NCBI GenBank assembly: GCA_977017645.1
Contig: OZ360246.1
Location: 15,686,001-15,750,000, forward strand
DNA from: Torpedo marmorata
Taxonomy: Eukaryota
Direction of reading: 5' to 3'
Length of the DNA stretch: 64,000 nt
Position 1 is the first letter of the stretch, and the number at the start of each line of letters is the position of its first letter. The position numbers and the translations under genes are program-made. Below are positions 37,501 through 51,547 of the stretch, piece after piece. The notes under the pieces are model-generated. The model ran no database searches, was not told the DNA's origin, and worked only from the letters and a program-made list of their open reading frames with translations.

Positions 37501-40500
37501 AGGATACAAGAGTTGGCTGTTTTCGGAGAAAGAATGTTACTTCAGACACACGCACTGAAATAGCCTCCCCTAATAACACATTGCCGCACAGAAAATGTGT
37601 GCCTGCCATCCTGCCGATATTAAACTGCTCTGAGATACTTTAACACGGTTAGTGACAGCACCGAGGAATTTTTTTTTCCTACTCTTTAGGGGTTTTTTTT
37701 TCTACAGTGCATCACATGATGGACAGGATTCCTGGACAACTGTCAAATATTGTACCAAATAAAATAAAAGGAAGGAGAAACAAAAAAAAAAGGGGAGGGG
37801 TAGCAGACCTTTCTCTGGTTAATTTACAGAACTCATCAAATTCTACTTTTGTAATAAGCTATTGAAATATAGAAACAAAGAAAAACTGTTTTGAAAGCAG
37901 AAGACTTGATTTTAAACTGAGTTTGAAATATGTGCAGTTGCTATGAAAACTTGCTTTCTCCTTGATCCTTCTGATGTGGTTTCGCGAGGACTGTCCATTG
38001 TCTCAGCGGCTTTTGCTTCCCACTATTCTCCAACATTTTTATTCATGATTTACAGAGCACCATGAGTCAAATCGGAAGCCATGGAACAACTTTACTGCAA
38101 CAACCCTCCTTTTCTAAAAAAAAAGAAGATAAATAGCTCGTGGAGCCTTTTAAAGACGTCGTTCACTTCCTCTCCTCCCACCCTCCCCAAACCACCAGCT
38201 CTATCTTAAGTTGGATTATTGTCAGCTGGAGGGGATGGGATGTTAAATACTCACTTGGCCTTATCAGCAACAGAAAGACTTGGACATTTTTTTATTTTGT
38301 TTTTTTCTTCAAGAGAAGTGATCACAATGTGATTCTAACTCCAGTACCCTTCAGCAAGAAGAAGAAAATGAACGGAGAGAGAGAAATACCACAAAGAAAA
38401 CTGGGACGGTTGTTACAAGATTACAAGCGATAGAAGAAAAATAATTATCATTGGGACACCATTCCAAAATATGTTTTTGCAAAATTTAGTCAATTTTACC
38501 AAGCAGCATTTTGTACCTGCTTCATTTCCCTGTTCACGATATTTACAGTACTCTTGTTCATCAATAATATTATATCTATTTTTCAGGATTCTTTGTTATT
38601 TTTCTGCATTATACCATTCAGTGATTCATTGTGTCTGCTGAACTAACATTTACAGAGTATGTGATCATTTGGGTACCTTGCATAGTAAGATACACATACA
38701 CGCACTCATGTCGCATTGAGGATCCGTGATTGGACGATTGGCTTTTAAACAAACTGCAACAGGGCAAAATTCACATTGTCACAACTTCTGCACAGAACCA
38801 GTCTCATGTCGTTCTATAAAATCCTTCTTGCTGTTCAGAAGAGCTTGTATTATAATTCACCTTCTCTGGGGGAGCTACGGTTCAGTGCCTTACTTTGGTT
38901 GCATGAACTATGTCAGTTCTTATTCAGGCACCCCAGATTTATTACCAAATAGATCTGAGGTATTCCATTGGAGGAAGCAAGAGTTTTGATTTTTCTGGCT
39001 TACTGCACATTTTTGTCTCCCACCTCCAACCCACTCCAAATTTCACCCACAATAAACATTCCCCGCTCCCCTCCCACGAACAACACGGATACATTTTCTC
39101 TTTCACAAAGCAGGAGTGTAGCCTAGGTGTAGACACCACTCCCATCCAAAATTAGGAACACAGCACATAGCCACACTCACTGAGCAATCCACCTTGGCGT
39201 GTCCCAACTGACTGATGTTGCATGGGATGGGCTGGAGTTGGTTTGAACAACAAAAGATGTACATACTGCACCTACTGCATTACCTTAAAAACTAGCCAGG
39301 ACCCATAAGATCGAGTAATCTGATGTTAGTATAATGCTCTGATGTAAACTACATTAATGTTTTTCTCTCTTTATACTTAAAAGACACCCGCTGCTGTGTT
39401 TCATTAATAAGGATCAAAAATATATTTATCACACGGAATGAATAAAAGCAAAAAAAAATTAAGTGTTTTAAAATATTCTGCATGAATCCAGTATAATCGC
39501 CATTGTTACTGTGAGATTTAAGAGGCAGGTTTTCAGAATTTAGGTACAAATGAAAGCTATCAACTGGAAGAGTTGACAGGGCAGCTCGAGAGCTGTGGGG
39601 TGTGTGCGACGCAAAACATAGATCGGGAAGACATGGGGTGATCACTGTAAATTGTTTCAAGGGTGCAACAGTGGATTGTGATATTCCCACCATGCAGTGG
39701 GATCCAGATTCACATTTGTGAATACAAAGTTTTAACACAAACAATTCCCCTGTTATGAGTGCAATGCAAATTGAACTTAGATTGCGCTTATGCAATTACG
39801 TGGGATATTTCTGCTTTATCTGGTTTTTTTTTTAAATGGGAAGACTCAATATCTTTCATATGCATGGAGTTACAATATTTCTACCATACAGTACTCTATA
39901 ACGGGCATTAAAACGTATATTTAAAGGGTTTTATGTTTATATAATATGCAAAAAATCCGCCTTATATGTCATTATTCTCTTTTCTGGTGTCTCATACAGT
40001 CTGTTTTATCGATTTTTCTTGTTTGATACAAAAATGCATAAAGGAGAGCAGTCCAAGTGCAGCCACTGACTTCCCTGACAGAAGAGATGTCTTTTTGTGT
40101 TGTGTTCTTTTTGTAAGCGGCTTATCGTTCATTTGGTAGGTGTTGATTCATGTTACTTTAATGCAAAAGTTTCAAATAGTGAGGGGGGAGGAGGGAATAA
40201 AAGGCAAAAAAAAATTCAGGAAACTTTTTTTTAAATGAATACATTCTTCAGCAATAATGCTTTATATCTGAGGGGCAGCTAGCTACAGCTGGGTTTTTGC
40301 ACCAATAATGTCCAGTGTTACTTGATGGAATGAAAATTGTTCTAATAGTTTTTAGTTAAATCCTAATAGTTTTGCATGCAGATGAGGGACGACTACAGAA
40401 GAGGGTTGATTACAGTAATAAAGTTTTTCATATTTTTATGTTAATGTAGTTTTTTTATTTGTAATTTTTTTATACCAGTTAGTTTTCTTGTGTGGTGTGT

Positions 40501-41504
40501 AAGGGTTGTCTTTTTTTTTTAGTAATGTATACATAACACATAAAGCAGTATTTAATCCTTTACCACACAGTAACACAATAATCTATTATTTTATGGTGCA
40601 GTCTCTGTTTTGACGCAACTATCCCCGTTGCTATTGTTTTATGGTAGACTGATGCCAGTTATTTCCATATCATAACAAGGGATTTTTTTATATGGAAACC
40701 AAACTCATGCTTTGAATAAGAGTCGTGAGCCTTCTATTCCAGGGGACCTGTTGGTATAAAAACCCAGTACCTGTAATCAATTTAAACTGCTTCACTACAA
40801 ACTAGCCAGTGTACAAAAAAACCCTGTAAATACTTTTTTTTTTTCATTTTATGCTCTGTATTATAAGTGTATATTGTGCTCACCTCCTATATTTTATTTT
40901 ATTTTCTGACCTTTAAGATATCACAGTTGTCTTGTTATCGGATGTGTTATTGCCTGAATTACTGCAGTCAGTAATTACTCCAAAGGAATCACTTTGAAAT
41001 GGATTCCAGCTTTACCTGCACCCTCCCAAACTTTTGAGACAATTAAACCATAATTACCCCCCCCCCAACCCCGCCTTCCAATATTAAGGATGTTTTTCTT
41101 AAAACAAAATATCATATTTTTTACTGTCCGTAGAATGATTTTAAAAAAAAGAATGAACGTTTGTTATTCGCCACAGTTGACCTTTAACGACACTGTATTT
41201 GGGCCTCTTACAGTGTCCTCATTCCACTTCAGCCAGCACAACACACAGTTGCATCACCTATGCATTTCAACATATTTATATTTGATTTTCTTTCATACGT
41301 AAGCTGCTGCTAAGATAAGCAACTTAATTTCCAATCTTTAGAACTATTTTTATGTAATAATAAGTGTATGCTTTCTTGTTTATAAATGCCTAAACAAAAA
41401 AAAAACTGCTTGGCTTATTTATCTACTGCGCTGTGTACCTGCCTACCCCTTCCCCTCGTTCCTATCCACCATTCCACTCCCTGACCTCCCCACCAGTAAT
41501 GTAA

Positions 41505-41606
41505 AATAAAGGTCTTGATATGTAAGAAATAGCAATGCAAAACCACAGTTTGCAATGGACACAGTGACTGAATGTACAGTGTATAGATGGCATTACCATA
41601 AATAAA
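41505..41606 (+). terminator. Candidate polyadenylation signals (AATAAA at 41505-41510 and 41601-41606)
   Basis: Hexamers at the distal end of the repeat-free tract, followed by GT/T-rich sequence (catggtttttcatcttt). Confidence 0.5.
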
Positions 41607-42444
41607 AAATGTTTGCCCAGAACATGGTTTTTCATCTTTCTGACATGATCCACATCTTAAAATGGTGTTCTTCGCCCGACGGATACTGGTCTCTTTTTAC
41701 AGCCATTGCCACTTAAAGCCATCGTTGTCTGCCCTCACAAAGATGTTGCTTTTACATTGGGCACGGTCAGATCAGTTTGATCCTTGGTGTGCAGGTGACA
41801 AACTGAGCAAGTATGACGTTTACAGAGAGAGAGGCCAGTCAGCGCCAGACTCCCCGGTTCCTCCAGATCCCCGCAACTTCTTCATTGCCCCCTGCCAAAG
41901 TGCAGGAACCCCCTTGATCCATTGGCCAAGTGGTTTGCGGGCACAGGCTCGGGGAACCTGCACACAAAGGCATTCCACCATGAACCCGGAACACCACAGA
42001 GCAGGGAGATCTCCAGCCGCTTTGATTCTCTGTTGTAACGACGCGTTAATTGCCGACCCCACCTGAAATTGATTCTTTCAACCCCGGCTCATCCTGGATT
42101 CTTCGTGAGTGTGTTAGTGGCCCTCTCTATCACATGGAACTGTAGAGGGGGAGGCTTGTCACAGATTCCTGCAAAGTCAGGGTAATCCCGCAGCTGGGTT
42201 TGCCTATTTTAAGCTGATGGAATTTACTTGCACGAATATCTCCAGGTTGGCCTAATTAGTTGGATTCCCAGTGATGCTCCCAGGCATATTTGGGGGAGTT
42301 GCTACTGCTCCTGGGTGTCTTCACACTCCGTTCTCACCAAGCCACCTAAACCTCTTTAAAAGAATGTAAAATTCTTACGGGGGTGGAGATTAATATACTT
42401 TTGGGTTAATATACTCTCAGGAAAGAAACTTCTATTATTTTTTT

Positions 42445-42674
42445 TAAATTTAGACATACAGGCCACTTCGGCTACGAGCCCGTGCCACCCAATTTACACC
42501 CCATTGACCTACACCACCCTGGTATGTTTTGAACGGTGGGAGGAAACCGGAGCCCCCTGGAGAAAACCCATGCAGACATGGGGAGAACGTACAAACTCCT
42601 TACAGACAGCGCAGGACTCGAAACCTGGTGCTGTAAAGGCATTGCGCTAACCACTACACCAACCGTGCCGCCCA
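42445..42674 (-). mobile_element. V-SINE (HE1-like)
   Basis: Reverse complement of head, V-domain and tail. Confidence 0.82.
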
Positions 42675-43184
42675 ATGTCACAAGATCCCAAAGGTCTTCA
42701 CAGATACTGAAGTGCTTTCGCTGCCAGCAGTAGTATTTTACAGAAGTACCACCCCAGTTTACATGCTGCAGTGGGAATTGAACCTACAAGTTTGGTCTCG
42801 GAGTTAAGAATGGGTGTACGCCTAGCTGTTCCTTTGGGCTTCTGAGCAGTTTTGCCTCGGCAGGAACAATGGGAACAAACAGTGGTGAATTTTTCTGGCC
42901 GTCTTTTCATCTTCCCTCTCAGTCCTGATGCAGGGTCTCGAGCCGAAACATCGCCATAAACTCTTGCCTCCACGGATGCTGCTGGATGTGCTGAGATCTT
43001 AAAGCAATCTATCATATCTTTGTGTAGTGCCATTTAAGCCAGAAAATTGCAACGACTGGCAAGGAAACCATCGCGCTCAAGTTCCATGTAAAATAGGTTT
43101 AATATGCAGCTTCAGACAAAATTGCAGCCTATATTCTGCTGTTGGGTCGTTATTTTGTGTACAACCTCAGAGGCCACTGAACCT

Positions 43185-43322
43185 AGAACATAAGAAATAG
43201 GAGCAGGAGTCAGCCATCCGGCCCGTCGAGCCTGCGCCGCCATTCAATGAGATCACGGCTGATCTGATGATAGGCTCATCTCCACCTACCTGCCTTTTCC
43301 CCATATCCATTAATTCCCCTAC
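43185..43322 (-). mobile_element. CR1/HER1-like tail
   Basis: Reverse complement of the tail at about 155-286. Confidence 0.75.
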
Positions 43323-44706
43323 ATCCGTTGGTCAAATTAATAATTCTCCACACAAAGTTGTCTGGCTAAAGATAGCAAAACAAAAACGAGCTGCTGGAGG
43401 AACTTTGTGGGTCAGTAGCATTTGTGGAGGCTGGGGTAATGGTTGACTTTGAGTCAAGACCATGCATCAGACCTCTTGGCTACTGACGGTCTACTGTGTA
43501 GAATAGGTATGAGTATGAATGAATGAGCAAGATCCTGAATGCTCTGAATCTGAATGATGATGAACATTTTGTTTCTGTTATCAAGTAGCACACTATCCAT
43601 ACATGGAGACGTTCATCAGCACGGTCTCAATCCCACTATTCCCTCCCATTAGCACAACTGGAGTATTTGACGACATGGATACACACGTCCTCCAGCATCT
43701 TTGGAAGGGCCAATACATGCTGAGGGGGAAAAAAAACCAGAAGATGGCTTCTAATGAAAGGCCAGTTAACCCAAAATATTAACTCTGGTTTATCGCTCCT
43801 GGTCTGGGCATTTCCAACGTTTTCTTATTTTATTCCAGCATTACATTTAATTTCCCTACGATCACTCATTCCACCAGCCTGTCTGAACCCTCTCGATGTT
43901 TCTCACAGTCTGACGAGCTCTCTCTCAGCACACATTTAATTGCTGAATGAAGAAATCACACTTTTTGAAGGGAAGCATGGCACACAAACCTCGGACCGAC
44001 ACTCTAGGAACCGGTGCCAAGAGAAGACTGCACTGTCTCTTGGAAGAGACATCAGCTCAAGGCTCTGAAGATCCGGCCTGTGGTGATTTTGTAAAACGAC
44101 TACCTCCTGGACCAAGCCAATGTTTCACCCCGAGCCCACACCTCTAGAGAAGCAAGTTCTCTGGTTTCCGCAACGCTCTTTCCTGGGATCTTGTTTTGCT
44201 TACATTGGCTGCTGTGATTCTCGCATTGTGACAATGGCGACATTTCAAAGGTATTTCACTGGTTTTAAAGGGTTTACAATGCCCCGAGGTTGTGATAGCT
44301 CCTCCAACAATACCAGTTTTTCTTATTTTTAACATCTGACGCCTGTTTTAGAGGTTTACTGGATATCTTGGTGCGGAGTTGTCATTCACACCGTGAATGT
44401 TCAAACTTCACTCTGATTCAGAGAATCCATTGGATGTCATTGTACTGTCAGACTAATCAAAGGCAGAGATCTTTTATTTTCCTGTCTACTGAGAATAGTT
44501 GGAAGTTTAGGCTGAACTTGTGTGTCAACATGAGGTGAATCTCCTGATGAACGTTAGCTTTTAAAACATTGTACTTAACATTTCTACTTTCATCCTGTTA
44601 TTTTGTCTCTCAATGCCCCATGAAATTGGCAGCCAGCTGGGGATCAATCCAGATGATTCCTAGTCCTGCTGTACTTAAACAAGTGGCTCCTCAGTAACAG
44701 TAACAG

Positions 44707-45088
44707 GGCACCAACCAGATGGCATTAACATCAACTTCTCCTGTTTCATTTAAACCCCCTCCCCCCTTCTTCCCCCGTCGCCTTTCCCCATCTCTGCCTC
44801 TCTCTCTCTCTCTCTTCCCTTTTCCCTCTGTCTCCTTTCACAGAGCCAAAATCAATTCTACCTCTCCTCTTGTCATATCCAATTAGCACCTTTTGTTGGT
44901 CTGGACTCATCCCCCAGCCAGTCTAGAGTCTTTATTCTGACTGTTCTTTGCTTATACCTTGAAGAAGGGCTCAGGCCCGAAATGTCGGTAACCTCCTATG
45001 GACAATGCGAGACCGGCTGAGTTCCTCCAGCATTTCTGTGTGTTTTTACTACAATCACAGCGTCTGCAGACTTTCGTGTTTCACTCCA
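44707..45088 (+). mobile_element. Penelope-like 3' fragment with hammerhead motif
   Basis: caaccagatggcattaacatc (QPDGINI) then tataccttgaagaagggctcaggcccgaaatgtcggta. Confidence 0.78.
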
Positions 45089-45221
45089 CTTACATTCACT
45101 GGCTTCACCATCATTTTCTTGCACAGATTTTGTTACTCACATCTGGACTTTAACCAAACTTGCATCCCTATGCCCCACACAGTCTAATAGTTGAACAACA
45201 CATAGCACCTCCAGTCCTGAA

Positions 45222-45917
45222 CAGTGGTGGATTAACTACCATCCGGGCCCTAGGCTGAGCTTTAGTAAGGCCCCCCCTGACCTTGCCCCATGGCCCCCAC
45301 CCTTCGTTAAATAGAATAAAGTGAAATTGTTCTATTTATTATCCTTTGAGCTTGATGCCCTCACATATTCTATTTATCCGCCAGGTATGTGCTGGGAATA
45401 CACCAGTTGGTGTTTGGTTGGAGGAGGGGAGGAAAAACTTCATTAAAATCAAACAAAACTTTACCTTACAGAAGCCGTCTGCTAGCCCCGAATAATTTGA
45501 AAAGTCTGTTAGTTACAAAAGGATAAATAAAATCAGTTCTAAAAAAGTCTCGATACAAAATAACACAGGAGAGGGGAGAGTCTTTTTTAAAAAAGTAAAC
45601 CTCCCGTGAGCGACACTCCATGAGCCAAGCTCTGCTGCAGGAGGCAGACCTCAGACACGCGCACGCATACAAACGCAAGCATTGATTGACAGGTAGCATT
45701 GGGACTGGCGGAGCCCGAATTGATAGATGGGACCGAGACCCCGCTGCTGATTAACAGGTGAACGCTGTACTTCCGCGAGCCTTGATTGGTGGGTGGACCC
45801 AGGACTAACGCGAGCCCATATTGACAAGTGGTTACATTGGTGTACCAGTGGTTGTGACCCTTACCTTCCGGGCCCCTCGGCTTCAGCCTACTCAGCCTAA
45901 TGGTTAATCCGCCACTG
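45222..45917. mobile_element. hAT-type non-autonomous DNA transposon (696 bp)
   Basis: TIRs cagtggtggattaac / gttaatccgccactg; 8-bp TSD gtcctgaa / gttctgaa. Confidence 0.82.
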
Positions 45918-47477
45918 GTTCTGAAAGCAAGGAGGGCTGGTTGGACAAGGTACATGGAGTGCAGATGGGTTCCAATGATCCAAACGCCCCACTAGCATTG
46001 TTACCTTCAGGGGAGAATATATTATATTCTGAATTGAGGCTGGAGTAAACAACTTCAGGATCACTGAGCATCATCGCCATGGCCATCACACACACGCATA
46101 CACACACACACGTTCACAGCTGTAGTCTAAACAGGGCTAAAGATTTTGACCCTCCCCCTAGGTCACCAAGCTGCCTGTCTCAGGTGCTATACTCTGTTTG
46201 ATGGTTATAGCAAACGATGGGAAGCTTTGGTTCAATGCTCAGTGACCTACAAGCTGTTCTGCAGACAGAGGTTCCCCTGTGCGTCGGCTGAGATTGAATA
46301 TTCACGTATTAGACTCAGTCCCTTAGCAGCAATGATTGATATATTTTATATTAATCAGAGGGATGCATTTATATTAATGTGCAAATTATATGCGATTACT
46401 CCGTGAGGATCAGAAAGATGATTGCTCTGTGGGTTCACTTACAACGTTAAAGTGAGAATAGTGCTGACGACTAACGATTGCCTGAGGCACAAGATATCAA
46501 CACCTCTAATATTGCTTCGTTTTCTTTTAACACTACAGTCAATTTCCATTAACTGAATAACTTACTCACCACAAAATGAGGTTTGCTTATGATACTCAAA
46601 TCATTAATGATACTTTAAGTTGGTGGCATAATTACCTGGCAAGGTATTTGAAGTCCCTATTCTCCTGCATGTGCTGGGCAAGCACTGAACCCTTAGAACA
46701 AGGAGACAGATCCACCTCTTGTCTCTGCTGAATTCACAAGTGGAAGGCCTGCGTTTCTGTAGTGCCTGATCTCACCTCAGGGCAGACAGAACTTAACAAC
46801 CAATTAACTGCTCTTTGAAGTGTGGTTGCAGCTGTTGGGATCAGTCTGTTGCTGAACCTGACTGTTTGCAAGCTTGTGTTATACTTGACCCTGTACTTGG
46901 GACCATCAACAAGATCGTCTGTCTCCATCTGCATAGCACCGGCTGGCACCTCCACTCCTCAGCGGTTCCTCCATGTTCCTCCTCCATGTCTCGGTGACCC
47001 CGCCCCCTCCTTGAATCCTACAAGCCTAAGATATCTGCACTCCTCCAACTGGTCTCTTGGTGAGGAGCAAACTTAATCGCTCCTCCATTAGTGCTGCACC
47101 TTCCTTCTCCAAAGCCCTGAACACCAATCCTTTCTCTGAACCTCTCTCCCTCTTTAAGCTATTCTCTTCAACCCATCACTTTGTCCCAGCTTTTGATTGT
47201 CCGCCCTTAGGTTAAGTTTTCTCCTCCCATGCAGCACCTGTGCAGGATGCTGCACAAATCGAGTTATTATTGCACGGTAGTAAACGCAGGAACAAATCTT
47301 GGTTAACAGCAACGTGATGACAAATCTCTCCCAGGCCGGGGTCCAGGCTTCAGGATTTGTACCACCTGAGCACTGACATATTGGCAGGTCAAGCCCACTG
47401 CCAGCGTAGCATTCGCTCCAACTGGGAGTCAGTCTGGACGTTTCATTCATGTCTCCAAATTTCCCCATGACACAGTT

Positions 47478-47970
47478 CGAAACGTGCCGGGGGTGTAGGT
47501 CAATTGGGTTAATTGGGCGGCACTGGCTCGTGGGCCGAAAGGGCCTGCCTGATACCATGCTGTATTTCTAAATTTTTTTTTTTTATTTAATTTAATTTAA
47601 AAATATATTCACTTAAAAAAAATTAGATGCTCTACTAATGTAATGAACTTAATTTTCTAAATTTATGGGGTCCTTTCCTTAATTATTTTCAGAATTTATA
47701 AGATTATTGGATCCCATTTTATAGTCTGGTTGTCCTTTCTTTCATGCATCAATGGAACATATATGTTTAATCATAACTTCACAAGGGAGGGGTTCGATTA
47801 TTAGAATAGTTTTTGTTTTATATACATTTTGGTTTTTTTGTCTCTTTCATAGGTTGTTTACAGCTATTTGTTAATATAGGTTTACTTTGTTGGATATATA
47901 TTCTTGTTATTACCTATGTATGAGCATATATATATATATATGAAACTCAATAAAAATATTGGAAAAAGAA
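47478..47970 (+). mobile_element. V-SINE tail followed by an L1-like 3' tail
   Basis: SINE tail at 47478-47575; 47615-47970 is the reverse complement of about 9668-10025. Confidence 0.72.
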
Positions 47971-48677
47971 ATTTAAAAAATTTACAAGAAGGAGCCATTC
48001 AGCTCAGGTTAATGCTGGCTCACAGAGTAATCCCGTTTCCCTCCTCTTTTCCTATCACGTTCCCCCCAGGTTCTCCCACCAGCTAAAACCAGGGACAATG
48101 TACAGTTGCATAATAACTTGCCAACCCACGCATCTTTGGGACATGGGAGGGAACCGAGAGCCTGGAGGCAATGCACCCAGTCTCAGGCAGGAGCATGCAA
48201 ACTCCACAAAGACAGCACCAAAGGTCAGGATTAAAATGCGGGGACGATGAAGCAGCAGCTCCTCCATCTGTTGTCGGAGTGGGACTCTGTGGTGGTGGTG
48301 TGACGGGGGTCATGTTGTACAAACTGGGAGATACACCACAATACAAAGCGCGCAGCTTTTCTCCATTGACTTTCAATGCTTTTTATAATGATGGAATTGC
48401 ATAAAATTCTGAGCAAAGAGGTAACTTGCTCTCCCTTCCCTGCTCAACATTAAAGCTGCACACCCCTTCCCTCACCCTCAGGTTGCTTTCTCCACCTTAC
48501 CTTGGTTCAGCTTCTTTCAGTGCCTCCAGCACTCTATGGGACGAGCTGAGAGAGACAACCTACTCAGCGCGGACAAATTCAGCTGAAGGGCTTGTTTCTC
48601 TGCTGTAAAACTCTCTGGCTCCATGACACTCCCCGAGGATGTAATTCCACATTCCTGGCATTCAATTTTTTAAAAAG

Positions 48678-48908
48678 TTTTAGACATACAGCACGGTAAC
48701 AGACCCTTCCGGCCCAAGAGCCCGTGCCACCCAAATCTACCAATTATCCTACAAACCCCGTACGTTTTTGAATGGTGGGAGGAAACTGGAGACCCTGGAG
48801 GAAACCCACACAGACACAGGGAGAATGTACAAACTCCTTACAGACAGGGCCGGATTCAAACCCGGGTCGCTGGCGCTGTAATAGCGTTGCGCTAACCGTG
48901 CCGCTAAC
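48678..48908 (-). mobile_element. V-SINE (HE1-like)
   Basis: Reverse complement of head, V-domain and tail. Confidence 0.82.
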
Positions 48909-49705
48909 TGGAAAAGAATTCCCTATTAAAATCTTCCTTAGATTTATCGGTCAATATCCCTCACACTGAAATCGCCCAGCAATAGCACCAGTCTGCTCTG
49001 TCAACCCCCTTCTTCAACGGTGTTTATCAATTATACTGCGACAGACAGAAGGAAGCCTCTTGGAGTGGGTGGGATTGTTGGAGGTGGGAGCTCACATGAT
49101 AGAGCTCCAGGAATATGTCCTGCGAGAGTTGACCCAGAGCAGCCAATCAGCCTGGGACTGTTTGCCCAGTAATAAATGCAAACTTTGCAAGGAAGGTTTT
49201 TTTTTTCCCTTTTGTTTGTCCTGGTACTGGTCTCTTTGTCTCTGTCCCCCATCTGGGAGGGGATGATACGCAGTTAACCTCTCAACCGGTGCCAGCAGCC
49301 ACCGCGATCCGCTGCTGATTAATTCCGGAGTTCCTGCTTTATTGAAGCAGCTCACAGTTGTTACCAAAGAAGAAAAGAGGAGCCTGTTTTACATGTGGCA
49401 ACCTCCTTGCGGTCCTTGTGTTTATGTTAACTCGACTAATGTCCCCAGGCTTTCTGGGACTTGCTTTGGGCACTGCATGTGTCTCAGCTATGGAGATGGT
49501 TATCCCGATGTAGTTAATGAGTTGATTTATTTTGCATTCCATGGAAAATGTATTCTTTGTCAGTTTGGCTTGTATCAGAGGGTGTCCAATCCTACTCAAG
49601 AGACTAGGAAGCAAACTGTGGTCTACCGTCTGGCGCCAGACTGCAGCGGTGTTGGAGGTGCCCGTCCGTCAGATCAGAGCTGCCTTACGGTGTCTCAGGC
49701 AGATA

Positions 49706-50684
49706 CCTTAGCCCCATGCTCTACTGGCTTTACACCTATGACTGTGTGGCTCGGTACGACAACAACACCATCTACAAATTCGTTGACAATACCAAGATAG
49801 TGGGTTGTATAAAGGAAGGAGATGAGTCAACATGCAGGAGGGAGATTGAAAACTTGGCTGAATGGTGCACCAACAACAATCTCGCACTCAATGACACCAA
49901 AACCAAGGAGCTGATTGTTGACTTCAGGAAGGGAAAACCAGAGGTGTATGATCCAGTGATCATTGGGGGATCAGAGGTGGAGAGGGTGAGCAAATTTAAG
50001 TTCTTGGGAGTCACTATCTCGGAGGATCTTTCCTGGACCCAACACACTAATGGCATCATGAAGAAAGCAAGTCAGCGCCTCTACTTCTTCAGTAGTTTGT
50101 GGAGGTTTGGTATGACATCAGAAACCCTGGCAAATTTCTACAGATGTGTGGTGGAAAGTGTGCCGACCGGCTGCATCACGTTCTGGTATGGAGACACCAA
50201 TAAAGCCCTGCAAAAGATAGTGGACACAGCCCAGGACATCACAGGTAAAACCCTTCCCACCATCAAGAACGTCTACAGAGAATGCTGCTATTGGAGAGCA
50301 GCAGCAATCATCAAGGATCCACGCCACCCAGCACACGCTCTGTTCTCACTGCTACCATCAGGAAAGAGGTATAGGTGCCACAAGATTCGCACCACCAGTT
50401 TCAGGAACAGCTGCTACCCCTCCACCATCAGACTCCTCAACAACAAACTCAATCAGAGACTCATTTAAGGACTCTTACTTTTGCACTTTATTGTTTAGTT
50501 TCATCTCTGTATTGCAGTTTGTATATATTCGTTATCTGTTTACATGTACTGGATACGCTGTGTACAGTTTTTTTTTGCGTTACCAATAAGTGGTCATTCT
50601 CCCTCGCCCACAGGAAAAAGAAGCTCAGGGTTGTATGTGATGTCATGTATGTACTCTGACAATAAATCTGAAATCTGAATCTGA
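49706..50684 (+). mobile_element. Rex/Babar LINE 3' portion (250-aa open RT C-terminus)
   Basis: LYTYDC..IYKFVDNT (catalytic FADD mutated), KFLG, PSGKRYR; tail aataaatctgaaatctgaatctga. Confidence 0.9.
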
Positions 50685-50971
50685 GATACGTAAGACCCTC
50701 CAGAACACTTGGAAGAGCAGGGGCGAACTTCCTGGCATCCGGTCAACGAATGTCTCCTCAACAATGGGGCTACACGTTGTAATGAACAGACATGGATTTT
50801 AAAGTGGTTTGCAGAAGAGGGAAGAATAAGAAGTGCTCTGTGGGGGTGGGTTGTCGGGTGACCTGGAATGTGCAGCTCAAGATAACGGAAGCAGATTCGA
50901 AAGCAGCTTTCAAAAAGTATCTGGATAAACAATTGAAAGAGAAAAGAACAACAAGGTAGAAAGGGAAGGAC

Positions 50972-51547
50972 AACATCGGAGAGACTGGACGCAGACTGGG
51001 AGATCGCTTTGTTGAGCACCTCGGCTCTGTCCGCCGCAATAGCGTGGATCTCCCAGTGGCCACCCATTTCAATTCTCCATCCCATTCCCTTGCTGACATG
51101 TCTGTCCATGGTCTCATGCACTGCCAGACTGAGACCACCTGCAAATTGGAGGAACAACACCTCATCTTCTGACTGGGCACCCTCCAACCAGATGGCATTA
51201 ACATCAACTTCTCTGGCTTTCTTTAAAACCCCCCCCCACCCTCACTTCTTCCCCCGTCACCTTCCCCCCAGCTCTGTCTGTCTCCCTTTTACCTGTCTCC
51301 TTTCACACAAACATAATCAATTCTCACCTCTCCCCTTATCACATCCAATTAACATCTTTTGTTGGTCTGGACTCATCCCCCAGCCAGCACTCTCTGTATT
51401 CTGAGATTTCCGGTTTTTTGCTCATTCTGCTTATTCTTTGAAGTAGGGCTCAGGCACCTATGGACCCTGAAAGACCGGCTGAGTTCCTCCAGCATTTCGG
51501 TGTGTTTTTTCTACAACCACAGCATCTGCAGACTTTCGTGTTTCACT
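50972..51547 (+). mobile_element. Penelope-like 3' fragment (GIY-YIG + pLTR, hammerhead partly deleted)
   Basis: IGETGRRLGDRFVEHL...VATHFNS; nearly identical to 56364-56986. Confidence 0.82.

Larger units (their letters stand above)
37410..41630 (+). other. SKI: Probable SKI 3'UTR
   Basis: AT/U-rich stretch after the stop with no recognisable interspersed repeat; ends near two AATAAA hexamers. The 3' end is inferred. Confidence 0.65.

Noticed and set aside
49716-50468. 250-aa ORF as a functional gene or active reverse transcriptase
   Set aside because: It is a 5'-truncated LINE fragment with the catalytic FADD changed to FVDN.
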